A DNA stretch of 45,150 nt, from positions 1,141,449 through 1,186,598 of the forward strand of contig CP065011.1 in assembly GCA_016699795.1 (NCBI GenBank), given 5' to 3'. The notes beneath the pieces are model-generated. The model worked only from the letters and a program-made list of their open reading frames with translations. It was not told the origin of the DNA and did no database searches. Positions within the stretch are counted from its first letter, which is position 1; each line of letters opens with the position of its first letter. The position numbers were made by a program, and so were the translations under genes. Shown in pieces: positions 18,501 through 26,579 of the stretch. Origin of the DNA: Candidatus Moraniibacteriota bacterium (GTDB lineage Bacteria > Patescibacteriota > Minisyncoccia > Moranbacterales > GCA-2747515).

Positions 18501-20570
18501 TTGCACATCTTCAAGGGAATTATTATTAAAACTCGAAACATTTAAAAATATATTAGGCATATCACGTTCCCCGATAGATTCTTCCCATACAGTATCTTTT
18601 CCTGAAAGAGAAAGTACTTTATAGCGGTGGACATATTCTCTTTCAAAAGTAACAAAAACATCTCTTTTGGAAATATCTGAAACGAGTTTTATTTCTGCTT
18701 TTTCTCCTGGATTATATTTTTCTTTTTCAAGTAATATATTTAGAAGAGAATCCTCACCACTCGGGGAAGAATCATATCCATTCTCATCAACTATCCAAAG
18801 ATAAAATTTCTTTCCTACAACATTTCCTTGATCATCCATTCCCGAAACAAGAACAGAATAAGATCCTTCATGGGTAGGGGAAAATTCAATAGAAGCTTTC
18901 CCTTTTTTATCTGTTTTTATTTTCCAGGTATCTAATATTCCTTCTTTATTTTCAAAACCGTTTGGGAACTCATATTTATCAGCATTTTTCTCCCACCATG
19001 AATAGGAAACATCCACAGAAAGATCTCTTCCATCAAGAGAAGTATCTCTGAACGCATGGAGTTGAATATCTATTTTTTGTTTTTCTCCAACACGACTCCC
19101 GTACCATTCATTATCTCGATATATTCCAAAGTCAGCACTTCGTACAAGAACATTTTTTCTTTCTATAACAGACTGTCCTGTTTCTGACTCCATTACCATT
19201 TCAATTCCATATATTTCTGTAGCATTTTGAGTATTTTTTGCCAAAAATGAAATAGTTCCTTCTCCATTATCATCAAGAACTATCTCTTCTGAAAGATTCT
19301 CTTCTTCACTATAGTATCCATAGAAATTATTACTATCATCTTCTTCAGTAAAAAAATCATATTCATAATAAGCACTCTGAGACACCTTATAAGAAACCTT
19401 TTGTCCAGAAACAGGCTCTCCAGAAAAATAAGAACCCTTCACATTCAAAGTAATTTCTTCTCCCGAAATAATCTCTTTTTCAGTTACAAGTTCAGCATCA
19501 AGTCCGAACTCTGGTTTTTCGTAATATTCTATAGAGAAATAATTAGATGAAGAGGGGTAATCTTCCTCATTCGAACCCTCAAAATACACATCCAAATTAT
19601 ATCCACCAGTCTTTACACTTTCAGGTATTTGAAATTCTCCATCAAAAGAACCTTTTTCGGAAATAGTATATGTTTTGGTAAAAATAACCTCTCGCTCTTC
19701 TCCCCAACCAGAATATAACTCTACACGAGCCGATCCTTTGGGAATACTATAGCGAACATCATCATCTTCTCGAAGTATCGATTTAAAATAAATCTTATCT
19801 CCAGGTTGATACATCGGTCTATCTAAAAAAAGAAATGATTTTTGACTAGGAACACGTTTATCAAAGATAGTATAATCCCCCCAACCATAATTCAGATATC
19901 GCAAATTAAGAGGAATCACTGCGTATGATCCACCATATTCTGCTACCGCAATATCATAATCCTGAGAAAGAGGAGTTATCGCTATACCATCATCACCACT
20001 AGAGGCGAGCTCTTTTTCAGAAACTTTTTCTCGCAAATTATATACACGAATATTTGCCCCAGCGACCGATCGTTTCGTTTCGAAGTCTTGTGTCCAAAAA
20101 ATAAATTCATTATCCCCTTCTTTTGCAATTGTCCCAAAAGTCGAACGAATAACAAAAGAATATAACGATTCCTTTTCACTATAAATATGTAATAAAAAAA
20201 TTCCACTTTTCTCTAAGGGCAAAGTAACTCGTCCATTTGAATGAGGAAGAGAAATAATTTTTGTTAATTGAGAAGGATCGATGATAAAGGATTTTTGCTC
20301 TTTTTCTTTCTCATATCGAAGAAATTCAAGGACTTTTCCAATATTTGATCGATAGACATCCACCGTTATTTCTCCTGAGATATTCTCTCCTCCTACATTT
20401 ACCACAGGTTCATCCGTAGAGGCTATAGGTATAATTCCATTTCTTTCATACATATTCTGACCATATACATAGAGATATGGGTCATCATTTCCTTGAGCTT
20501 TCGCAGTACATTCAACTCTCAAAAAAAGAAAAGAAACAAGAATCCAAAAAAACAAAGAAGGATATTTCAT
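15486..20570 (-). CDS. Alpha-2-macroglobulin family protein (thioester-containing) with an inserted Hint domain and a C-terminal membrane anchor
   Basis: It has an N-terminal signal peptide (MKYPSLFFWILVSFLFLRVECTAKAQ) followed by long beta-rich MG-like repeats. The conserved post-bait segment is ARTVFEDVAYWNPS...VPDNLTTW. The thioester motif YPYGCVEQ has its Cys codon at 17147..17145. A C-terminal TM segment (IVSMILFLIGAISVGFGIKAIIL) precedes an acidic, Asn-rich tail. Confidence 0.9.
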   Translation of the reverse strand: MKYPSLFFWILVSFLFLRVECTAKAQGNDDPYLYVYGQNMYERNGIIPIASTDEPVVNVGGENISGEITVDVYRSNIGKVLEFLRYEKEKEQKSFIIDPSQLTKIISLPHSNGRVTLPLEKSGIFLLHIYSEKESLYSFVIRSTFGTIAKEGDNEFIFWTQDFETKRSVAGANIRVYNLREKVSEKELASSGDDGIAITPLSQDYDIAVAEYGGSYAVIPLNLRYLNYGWGDYTIFDKRVPSQKSFLFLDRPMYQPGDKIYFKSILREDDDVRYSIPKGSARVELYSGWGEEREVIFTKTYTISEKGSFDGEFQIPESVKTGGYNLDVYFEGSNEEDYPSSSNYFSIEYYEKPEFGLDAELVTEKEIISGEEITLNVKGSYFSGEPVSGQKVSYKVSQSAYYEYDFFTEEDDSNNFYGYYSEEENLSEEIVLDDNGEGTISFLAKNTQNATEIYGIEMVMESETGQSVIERKNVLVRSADFGIYRDNEWYGSRVGEKQKIDIQLHAFRDTSLDGRDLSVDVSYSWWEKNADKYEFPNGFENKEGILDTWKIKTDKKGKASIEFSPTHEGSYSVLVSGMDDQGNVVGKKFYLWIVDENGYDSSPSGEDSLLNILLEKEKYNPGEKAEIKLVSDISKRDVFVTFEREYVHRYKVLSLSGKDTVWEESIGERDMPNIFLNVSSFNNNSLEDVQKEIKVSTDSELLDISITPDKNHYEPGETVTVSLDVKNKKGIPQEAEVTLWAVDKAIFELSDANTLDISSTFWGLRWNGTEDAHSLEGIGINTAEMGGCFSGDTQILMADGSEKSIKDVQMGEWIQTRKSSTDATLISAQVEKTHHQKVSGYITFNENLRVTTNHILFANGIWKRADEIRKGDVLVDKEGKNVVVETLDWKRDSMDVFNLEIDTYYSYFANGFWVHNGKDGGDARTVFEDVAYWNPSIQTDKNGKATVSFVVPDNLTTWVLSAVSATKDAKVGNATNEIIVSKNVIIRPQLPRILYKGDSLYLTALIQNFSDKERTFRVNLDFSDGGDVEESEKKITLESEKSQRVFWKIQPKKEKEKHEISFSLQDINDESVRDVVTLSLPIIKQGFWDQQAFGGEGEKEYTFSLHNDSYLEKSLFELNISSTLVGSLPSAMKYLVDYPYGCVEQTTSRFVPTVIAKENSDFYKEILEDKNISKMLEEGVKRLLNMQNEDGGWNWWGNYGESDIFVSVYVTEYLLRAQKSGFPVDEVVLDIARRFFQEQSVEMSEDNYDKTVLALYGRSLFEKNTTKEKINFFPSQATPDILSYAVMTNIRNGYTDTSENGIDILQARLQKEGDAFYFPTGNKDHFGSVFASTGMGLRALVMGGGDREMIVGIVRYLTRNRTEQHWHNTFATAQVIQGLTEYARLERQDQKPSSYSVFLADKEVARGYFDAKNQFDTIALPLSESDKNGNIKARITSDQGNIFSTLLIREYRTNMEESQESQGLTITRSYKNTKGEKYSFGVGDSIDIVFEVTGIRPESQYIVLEDQLPSGMVPVNTKMKNEQMSQGNYSGWEDSYWQVQKEYTKNGVIFSDQGVSDSDIRRYSYKARVTHAGTFFAPPATVSLMYEPKVYGRTAVEKLDLAKESEYFIHQEKDKQQKNLSSIFKNIVSMILFLIGAISVGFGIKAIILSLNKGKKEEFENEKENNNITEDNSNTENNVGNEEKMDEKKNNTNE
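17823..18209 (-). other. Hint / mini-intein-like autoprocessing domain (aa 788-916 of the A2M ORF), +1 residue Gly
   Basis: Block A is GG|CFSGDTQILMADG, block B is RVTTNHIL (TxxH), block F is DVFNLEIDTYYSYFANG, and block G is FWVHN followed by G (GGT 17822..17820). There is no homing-endonuclease insert. Confidence 0.8.
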
Positions 20571-20858
20571 ATTTTTTAATTTTTATAATTCTATCTTTAT
20601 AATACTCTCAAGAAAGAAAATGTAAAAATCAAAAAACTTTTTATCCATCCTCCCACGCGTTCCTTTCAAGTCAAAAATATATTTTTTAAAAAAAATAATT
20701 TAACTCTTCTTTATTCTTTTTAAGTTCTTACTCATGAAAAAATATGAAATAATCCTAATGCTGAAACAATATAGCTCCTCCCTCTTCCCCCCAGCCCTCT
20801 TTTGTGCTATAAAAGAAGGAGTTTTATTCAATTGAACAAGCAATAAAAAAATAAATAT

Positions 20859-23800
20859 ATGCAATGGAAAGAGAAAAAGATTTCGATACTTCTTTTCGGA
20901 ATGTTTTTTTTGTTTTTCTCTTTGATTTCTCCTATTTTTGCACAGGAGACAGAAGAGCAAACACAAGAATCATTAAGAAAAGATCAGATACTCTTTAAAG
21001 AACCAACAGAAGAAGAATTAAAAGCTTCCAAACCCGATACTACAACGGAAGTTATGGATGCTCGTATTCTTTCTCAAAGAGGAAATGTTTTTGATATAGA
21101 ATTTTCTCTTACGAATGGATTAGGAATACAACCTGATGTTCGTTATAGCATACGTCTTGTAGATGGAACGACTAATGATTTCTATTTCGCAACTCTCGAT
21201 GAAAAAATATATCCTGAAATCATTTCTTTAGGAGAAAATGCTTCCCTTAAAAAACAAATTACCTATACAGCTCCAGAGTATCTTTCGGGAGAATACACAC
21301 TTTCTCTTTTTGCTTCCAATAGTTCTGGAAGACTTCTTAGTCTTAATACAGTAGGAGAAGGAAAGATAACACTTACTTCTTCTAAACCTTTTGTATTTAT
21401 TGAAAGAAAAAGTTGCAAACTTAGTGTAAAAGGAGAAGCAGGAAAAGAATATACTCTTGAACAAGGACTTGATGTAAAAAAAGAAGAAACCATGCTTCTT
21501 ACTTGTGGAGTAAAGAATAATACAAAAGAGAAACTCACTCTTATTCCTACTTTCAAAACATTTGAGCGAAATAGTTTCGGAAAACCCATAGAAGACATTC
21601 CGGCTTCTCAAGAACAATTTATTCTTAATGCTGGAGAAACAAAAACACTCACTCTAGAAGTTCCTTTGGCAAACATCCCTCAGGCTTACGATACAAAACT
21701 GAGTTTTACAAATACAGAAAACATTCCTTCCAATGAAATCATTAGTCACTATGTCATACAGGGAAAGAGTGCGACCATAGGTAATCTTCTTTTAGATAAG
21801 AAATCTTACACAAAAGGAGAAACAGCAAATGTTGAGCTTTTTTGGTCTGGATCTGCTGATACTTTTTTTGGTTCTCGAGCAGGACTTCAAGAAAAAGAAG
21901 ATATCATAGCAAGTATTCTTCTTTTGGATGAAAAGAATACTCCTTGCACACAAGAATCAAAGACTGTTTTAAATAATCTCAATAGAAACAAAGCTTTCAT
22001 TCAAATTCCCATAATTGCAGAATGTCCTTCTTACCAAGCTCAAGTAGATATGAGAGATGCGAATGGAAATGTTCTTGCGCAAAAAACCTATTCTTTTTTG
22101 AAAGTACAAGAGAAAGGAATAAATGATTTAAGAGAAAAAGCTTTAATCAACGAAGAAGAAAGAAATCCAGTTTTTCTTTTTCTTTCTCTTAGTGTTTTTC
22201 TTTTGCTTGTTATGCTTATTCTCTTCGTAGTAAAGAAAAGAGGAGGAAGAAAGAGTGTGCAAAAAATAGTTTCTTTTCTATTCTTCTTGGGGTTTTTTTC
22301 TGTAGGATTGATGACGAATGTTCATGAGGCGGATGCGGCATCACAAACTGCAGACTACGGGGCGTGTGTGACGTATTATTCAGCAAAAGACTGGAAAATC
22401 GAAGATTGTACCCAAAATCATAAAACAGCCTTCTTTAGTAAACCTGATGGCATTGTATGGTCTGGAGCACCAGGGACATATCCTGCTTTTACATTCATAG
22501 ATTATGGCTATACCCTTACGATTTCCACAGAAAAATCAGTATATCAAGATAATGAGGGAATAAAGTATAATTTTTCTTTGAGCAATGTTGCTCATGGAGG
22601 CTCTTTAATACTAGGACAACGAGATCTTAGTTGTCCCGACATGGCCTTTGGTTGCGGTGATATAATTCGCTATACTCAAAATATTCATTGGAGTAATGCA
22701 AGTAGCGTGATTAGTGAACCCGCCCTGCTTTTGGGATATACTCATGTACACTATATGTGCTACAGCACTAATGGTAAACCTAATGAGTTTGACATTCCTG
22801 TTGGCATGTGGGAACAAGAAACGTATGGAAAATATGGCCCCAAATTTGTAGGCAAAACGGGAATAAATTTTTACGTTAAAATTAAAGGAATTTATGATTC
22901 TCAGTGGGACTCTTGGGACGGCTCTTGTGGACTCGCTGATAGAGGAAAATATCAAGATAAATCTGAAATAAAGGGAAGTGATTTATGTAATACCTATCCT
23001 CTTCCTAGAAATGGACTCCCGACATCCCCTCTTCCTATTTCTTCTCCTACTACTGAGCTTATAACTCTTAAGGGTAATAAATTTACATGGTCTTGTCCGG
23101 GAAATTGCTACGGAGAAGCAGATCAATGTAGTGCAGATTATGTTGTGGGCGTTTGTGGCTCCGCCAATGGGACTCATCCCTATTATGAAACAATATTTGC
23201 TCCAGGGAGAGATCAATTCTGTAGTTCAGGAACAGCTAGTCCTGTAAAACCAATTTTTCCAAATGTTCAAGGAGGTTCTGTTTCTTGGACGTGTGACAAA
23301 ACCTTTTGCACTGCGTATCGCGGACTTCAAGGTGTGTGTGGATCTGCTAGCGGGAACTCATTTGAAACGTTAACCCCTACCTCTCCTAATATGTGTTCTC
23401 GGGGATCAGTAACAGGATTTAAATTAGTAGGATCTACTTTCAGTTGGGTTTGTGCAGGTTCAAATGGAGGGCCTAATTCTCTTCCTCCCTGTTCAGCAAA
23501 TAAATCTATAAGTCCTCCAGAAGCAATAAATGGAAAATGTGGAACGAATTCAGACAATTATTCTTGTTCTACTAATACATATCCTGGTGGGGGAACATTT
23601 TGTGCACTTGGAACATTAAGCCCTCCTTCACCACTACCAGACTTTCCTGTTCAGGGAGGTGTGGAAACTTGGGACTGTCTAGGTGAAAATGACGGCACGA
23701 AAGCGCCGGGGGGTTGTATAGCAAAAAGAGATGATGTTAGTCAAGTTTCTTGTAAAGCAGACATATCTTGTCTTAAAGGAAATGTGAGTGAATATGATGC

Positions 23801-23969
23801 AGGTCAGCTTTGTGGCACAGGAAATACTTTTGCGATTGGGGGGAAACCAAAATATGCTTCTGGGGAATGGACATGGACCTGTCAGGGGAATAGCTGCACA
23901 TCTCCTCCAAATCAAACTAAAGAATGCAAAGCTCCTCAATGTGCAAAATACGAAGAAGTAGCTCCGTAA
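20859..23969 (+). CDS. Giant surface protein: signal peptide, N-domain, internal TM hairpin, Cys-rich repeat C-domain ending in YEEVAP
   Basis: The signal peptide is ...FFSLISPIFAQE. The internal segment at aa 437-494 is TM, KKRGGRKSVQK, then a hydrophobic stretch ending VHEADA|AS. Repeated C-G-S-A-x-G ... W-x-W-x-C modules follow. It is a paralogue of 42283..45150. Confidence 0.85.
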   Translation: MQWKEKKISILLFGMFFLFFSLISPIFAQETEEQTQESLRKDQILFKEPTEEELKASKPDTTTEVMDARILSQRGNVFDIEFSLTNGLGIQPDVRYSIRLVDGTTNDFYFATLDEKIYPEIISLGENASLKKQITYTAPEYLSGEYTLSLFASNSSGRLLSLNTVGEGKITLTSSKPFVFIERKSCKLSVKGEAGKEYTLEQGLDVKKEETMLLTCGVKNNTKEKLTLIPTFKTFERNSFGKPIEDIPASQEQFILNAGETKTLTLEVPLANIPQAYDTKLSFTNTENIPSNEIISHYVIQGKSATIGNLLLDKKSYTKGETANVELFWSGSADTFFGSRAGLQEKEDIIASILLLDEKNTPCTQESKTVLNNLNRNKAFIQIPIIAECPSYQAQVDMRDANGNVLAQKTYSFLKVQEKGINDLREKALINEEERNPVFLFLSLSVFLLLVMLILFVVKKRGGRKSVQKIVSFLFFLGFFSVGLMTNVHEADAASQTADYGACVTYYSAKDWKIEDCTQNHKTAFFSKPDGIVWSGAPGTYPAFTFIDYGYTLTISTEKSVYQDNEGIKYNFSLSNVAHGGSLILGQRDLSCPDMAFGCGDIIRYTQNIHWSNASSVISEPALLLGYTHVHYMCYSTNGKPNEFDIPVGMWEQETYGKYGPKFVGKTGINFYVKIKGIYDSQWDSWDGSCGLADRGKYQDKSEIKGSDLCNTYPLPRNGLPTSPLPISSPTTELITLKGNKFTWSCPGNCYGEADQCSADYVVGVCGSANGTHPYYETIFAPGRDQFCSSGTASPVKPIFPNVQGGSVSWTCDKTFCTAYRGLQGVCGSASGNSFETLTPTSPNMCSRGSVTGFKLVGSTFSWVCAGSNGGPNSLPPCSANKSISPPEAINGKCGTNSDNYSCSTNTYPGGGTFCALGTLSPPSPLPDFPVQGGVETWDCLGENDGTKAPGGCIAKRDDVSQVSCKADISCLKGNVSEYDAGQLCGTGNTFAIGGKPKYASGEWTWTCQGNSCTSPPNQTKECKAPQCAKYEEVAP

Positions 23970-24125
23970 ACTAAAAAAGAAACTAAAAAATAATTTGATA
24001 AAATATATTATTTCTAATAGAGTTGGCGAGTTTAGAATAAATTATTTATTTCTAAAAATAAATAAAAAGAAAAAATTGCAGCTATGTGCTATGATTGTGT
24101 TCGTATCTAATATTTTATCTACTCT

Positions 24126-24743
24126 ATGTTTGAAAAAGCTTTCATTCCTTCAAGTAATTCTTCTGAAAAGAACAATCAAGAATTTTTTTCTCCTTCTGAA
24201 AAAATAGAAAATTTTCTTCGCGATCACAATTTCAACAAAGCCAATCAAAGAGATGTTCTTGCTATAACTCAAGATTCTTCTCTTTTATGTAGGAGTCTTA
24301 ATTTTTCTGATATTGAAAAGCTTTTAGAAGAGCAATATAAAACATTCAGAATACCTACCCAAGAAGAGGCCAATACTTGCTCGATGTCTTTTGGAGAGGG
24401 AATACGCACAGCTTTACAAGAGGGTTTTTCTCAAGATATTTCTCGTGGTATGAAATTTGTCCTCTCCTTCACATCTAGTTCAGTCAAACAATCTTCTCTT
24501 CAAAAAGATTCTCCTCTTTGGGAAACAAAACCAAAAAATTCTCATCTTTTTTGTAAAATAGAAGGTCATCTTAGTTTGAGCAATATAAAAATGATAACCA
24601 TTCGTTTTCATAAAGATGCCCTTCCTTTTGATGAACAAGAAGATCTCGAAGAAAATGAACTTTCTTTTCTCACGAAACATTATATAAAAAAAGAGGCTGA
24701 ATTATCCGAAGATATTCAGCCATTTTCCCCAACTATTCACTAA
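24126..24743 (+). CDS. Hypothetical protein
   Basis: A 205-aa ORF with no family recognised. Its coding character is moderate. Confidence 0.45.
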   Translation: MFEKAFIPSSNSSEKNNQEFFSPSEKIENFLRDHNFNKANQRDVLAITQDSSLLCRSLNFSDIEKLLEEQYKTFRIPTQEEANTCSMSFGEGIRTALQEGFSQDISRGMKFVLSFTSSSVKQSSLQKDSPLWETKPKNSHLFCKIEGHLSLSNIKMITIRFHKDALPFDEQEDLEENELSFLTKHYIKKEAELSEDIQPFSPTIH

Positions 24744-25023
24744 TTTCCTTCACACAGAAGGAGTAAAAAGGAGTTTCGGGGATAATCTCAATCCTTTTCT
24801 GTTCGATAATCGTGCCACAATGAGCGCAAATACCAAATTGTCCCTGTTCAATCCTTTTGAGAGCAAAATCAATCCGAACAATGTCGGAACGAGAATGCCC
24901 CAAAGATCGAGACCCACCAGTTTTCAGGATCTGTTCTTTCGATTCCCTCCTGGCAATGAGCCATCCTCTAATAAATTGGAGGTACCCCTCCGAAAGATAA
25001 TTGTCATGATCACTTTCCTTCAT
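24733..25023 (-). CDS. DksA/TraR-type zinc-finger protein (degenerate second Cys pair)
   Basis: The C-terminal sequence GICAHCGTIIEQKRIEIIPETPFYSFC resembles the CxxC...R...P...C of the TraR/DksA C4 finger, but only three Cys are present. Confidence 0.55.
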   Translation of the reverse strand: MKESDHDNYLSEGYLQFIRGWLIARRESKEQILKTGGSRSLGHSRSDIVRIDFALKRIEQGQFGICAHCGTIIEQKRIEIIPETPFYSFCVKEISE

Positions 25024-25252
25024 AAAAAACTCCACTTCTTTAGGGAGGAAAAGAATACCACACTTTAATAATAAAGTTAATGTTTTCGTAATAGCCCAAT
25101 AGCTTGGACACTTTACTATATTTTTTCGTAAACTCTATAGATAGTATCATATAGTCAAGACATTTTTTCACTACGAAAAACTAGCCCCTCTTTCTCCAAG
25201 AAATCTCATTATATTTTTATTTGATTTTTTAATAAATAATTAATACAAAAAA

Positions 25253-26425
25253 CTACATTCTCACCGCATCAGAAACCGCTCTAAGAACATTTCTGTCAAA
25301 AGGTTCTGGAATAATATTTTCCGCTGTAATTTCTTGTACACAACCAGCGAGATTATAGGCCGCTCGAAGAAATATTTCATCGTTAAATTGAATTATTTTG
25401 TGATCCAACGCCCCACGAAAAAGTCCTGGGAAAACGAGGACGTTATTAATTTGATTGGGAAAATCACTCCTTCCCGTAGCAACCACGCTCGCCCCAGCTG
25501 CTAAAGCATCCTCTGGCAAGATTTCAGGCGTAGGATTGGCAAGTGCAAAAATAATAGGATTTGGATGCATACGTCGAATCAAATCTTTTGTCAAAACACC
25601 TCCAAGACTCACACCTATAAAAACATCCGCATCTTGAATTCCAGCTTCTAATCCCCCCGTGATACAACGCGGGTCATCAATATCTATTCGGCATGCAATA
25701 TTTGTAAGAATAGAAAGTTTTTCTTTTTCACTATTCATATCTATCCGTCCAGGATAAAGTGCTCCTCTACTGTCGGAAACAATAATATTTTCAAATCCAT
25801 CCAAAAGTAATAATTTTACAATAGCCACGCCAGCAGAGCCTGCACCATTTACCAAAATTTTAGCTGTTTTTTTATCTAAGCCTCGGAACTTTAAAGCATT
25901 TAGAAGCCCAGCCAAAACGACGATGGCTGTTCCGTGTTGATCATCATGCATCACTGGAATATCCAATTCTTTCGTAAGTCTTGATTCTATCTCGAAACAA
26001 CGAGGTGCTGAAATGTCTTCGAGATTTATTCCTCCGAATGTTGGAGCAATTGCCTTAATAATAGACACAATTTCATCCACATTCTGTGTATTAAGAACAA
26101 TTGGCACAGCATTAATATCTCCAAATCTTTTAAATAAAGCTGCTTTCCCCTCCATAACAGGAAGCGCGGCCAAAGCACCAAGATTTCCTAATCCTAAAAT
26201 TGCAGAACCATCAGAAACGACAGCAATGGAATTATGTTTAAAAGTAAGTTCTTTAGCTCTCTCTGGATCTTTATCAATCACACGGCATACTTCTGCCACA
26301 CCAGGAGTATACGCTAGCGCAAGATCTTCTCGAGTTTCCAAAGGAACACTACTTTCAACAGAAATTTTCCCATGATGTTTTTTATGAAGTTCAATTGATT
26401 TATCCCCAATATTTTCTATTATCAT
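25253..26425 (-). CDS. NAD(P)-dependent malic enzyme (short form, no PTA domain)
   Basis: Motifs LALAYTPGVAEVC, VVSDGSAILGLGNLG, FGGINLEDISAPRCFEIE, HDDQHGTAIV and GAGSAGVA. Confidence 0.9.
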   Translation of the reverse strand: MIIENIGDKSIELHKKHHGKISVESSVPLETREDLALAYTPGVAEVCRVIDKDPERAKELTFKHNSIAVVSDGSAILGLGNLGALAALPVMEGKAALFKRFGDINAVPIVLNTQNVDEIVSIIKAIAPTFGGINLEDISAPRCFEIESRLTKELDIPVMHDDQHGTAIVVLAGLLNALKFRGLDKKTAKILVNGAGSAGVAIVKLLLLDGFENIIVSDSRGALYPGRIDMNSEKEKLSILTNIACRIDIDDPRCITGGLEAGIQDADVFIGVSLGGVLTKDLIRRMHPNPIIFALANPTPEILPEDALAAGASVVATGRSDFPNQINNVLVFPGLFRGALDHKIIQFNDEIFLRAAYNLAGCVQEITAENIIPEPFDRNVLRAVSDAVRM

Positions 26426-26579
26426 AATTTTTCCTTAAAAATACCATTCTTAATACACCACCACTCCTATAAAAGTCACTTAGCCAAAAGATTTGAAAAA
26501 AATTACTTTTATCCCCCTTTTTTGAGATTGTACGTTACTTTTCAATTTTAATATACATTTTAGTTCCTTTTATTTTAGA

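Noticed and set aside
15547-20206. Numerous 60-112-aa ORFs on both strands inside the A2M gene (for example 17510..17848 and 17550..17855)
   Set aside because: All are nested within or antisense to a 1694-aa ORF with clear family motifs. They are typical AT-rich shadow ORFs.
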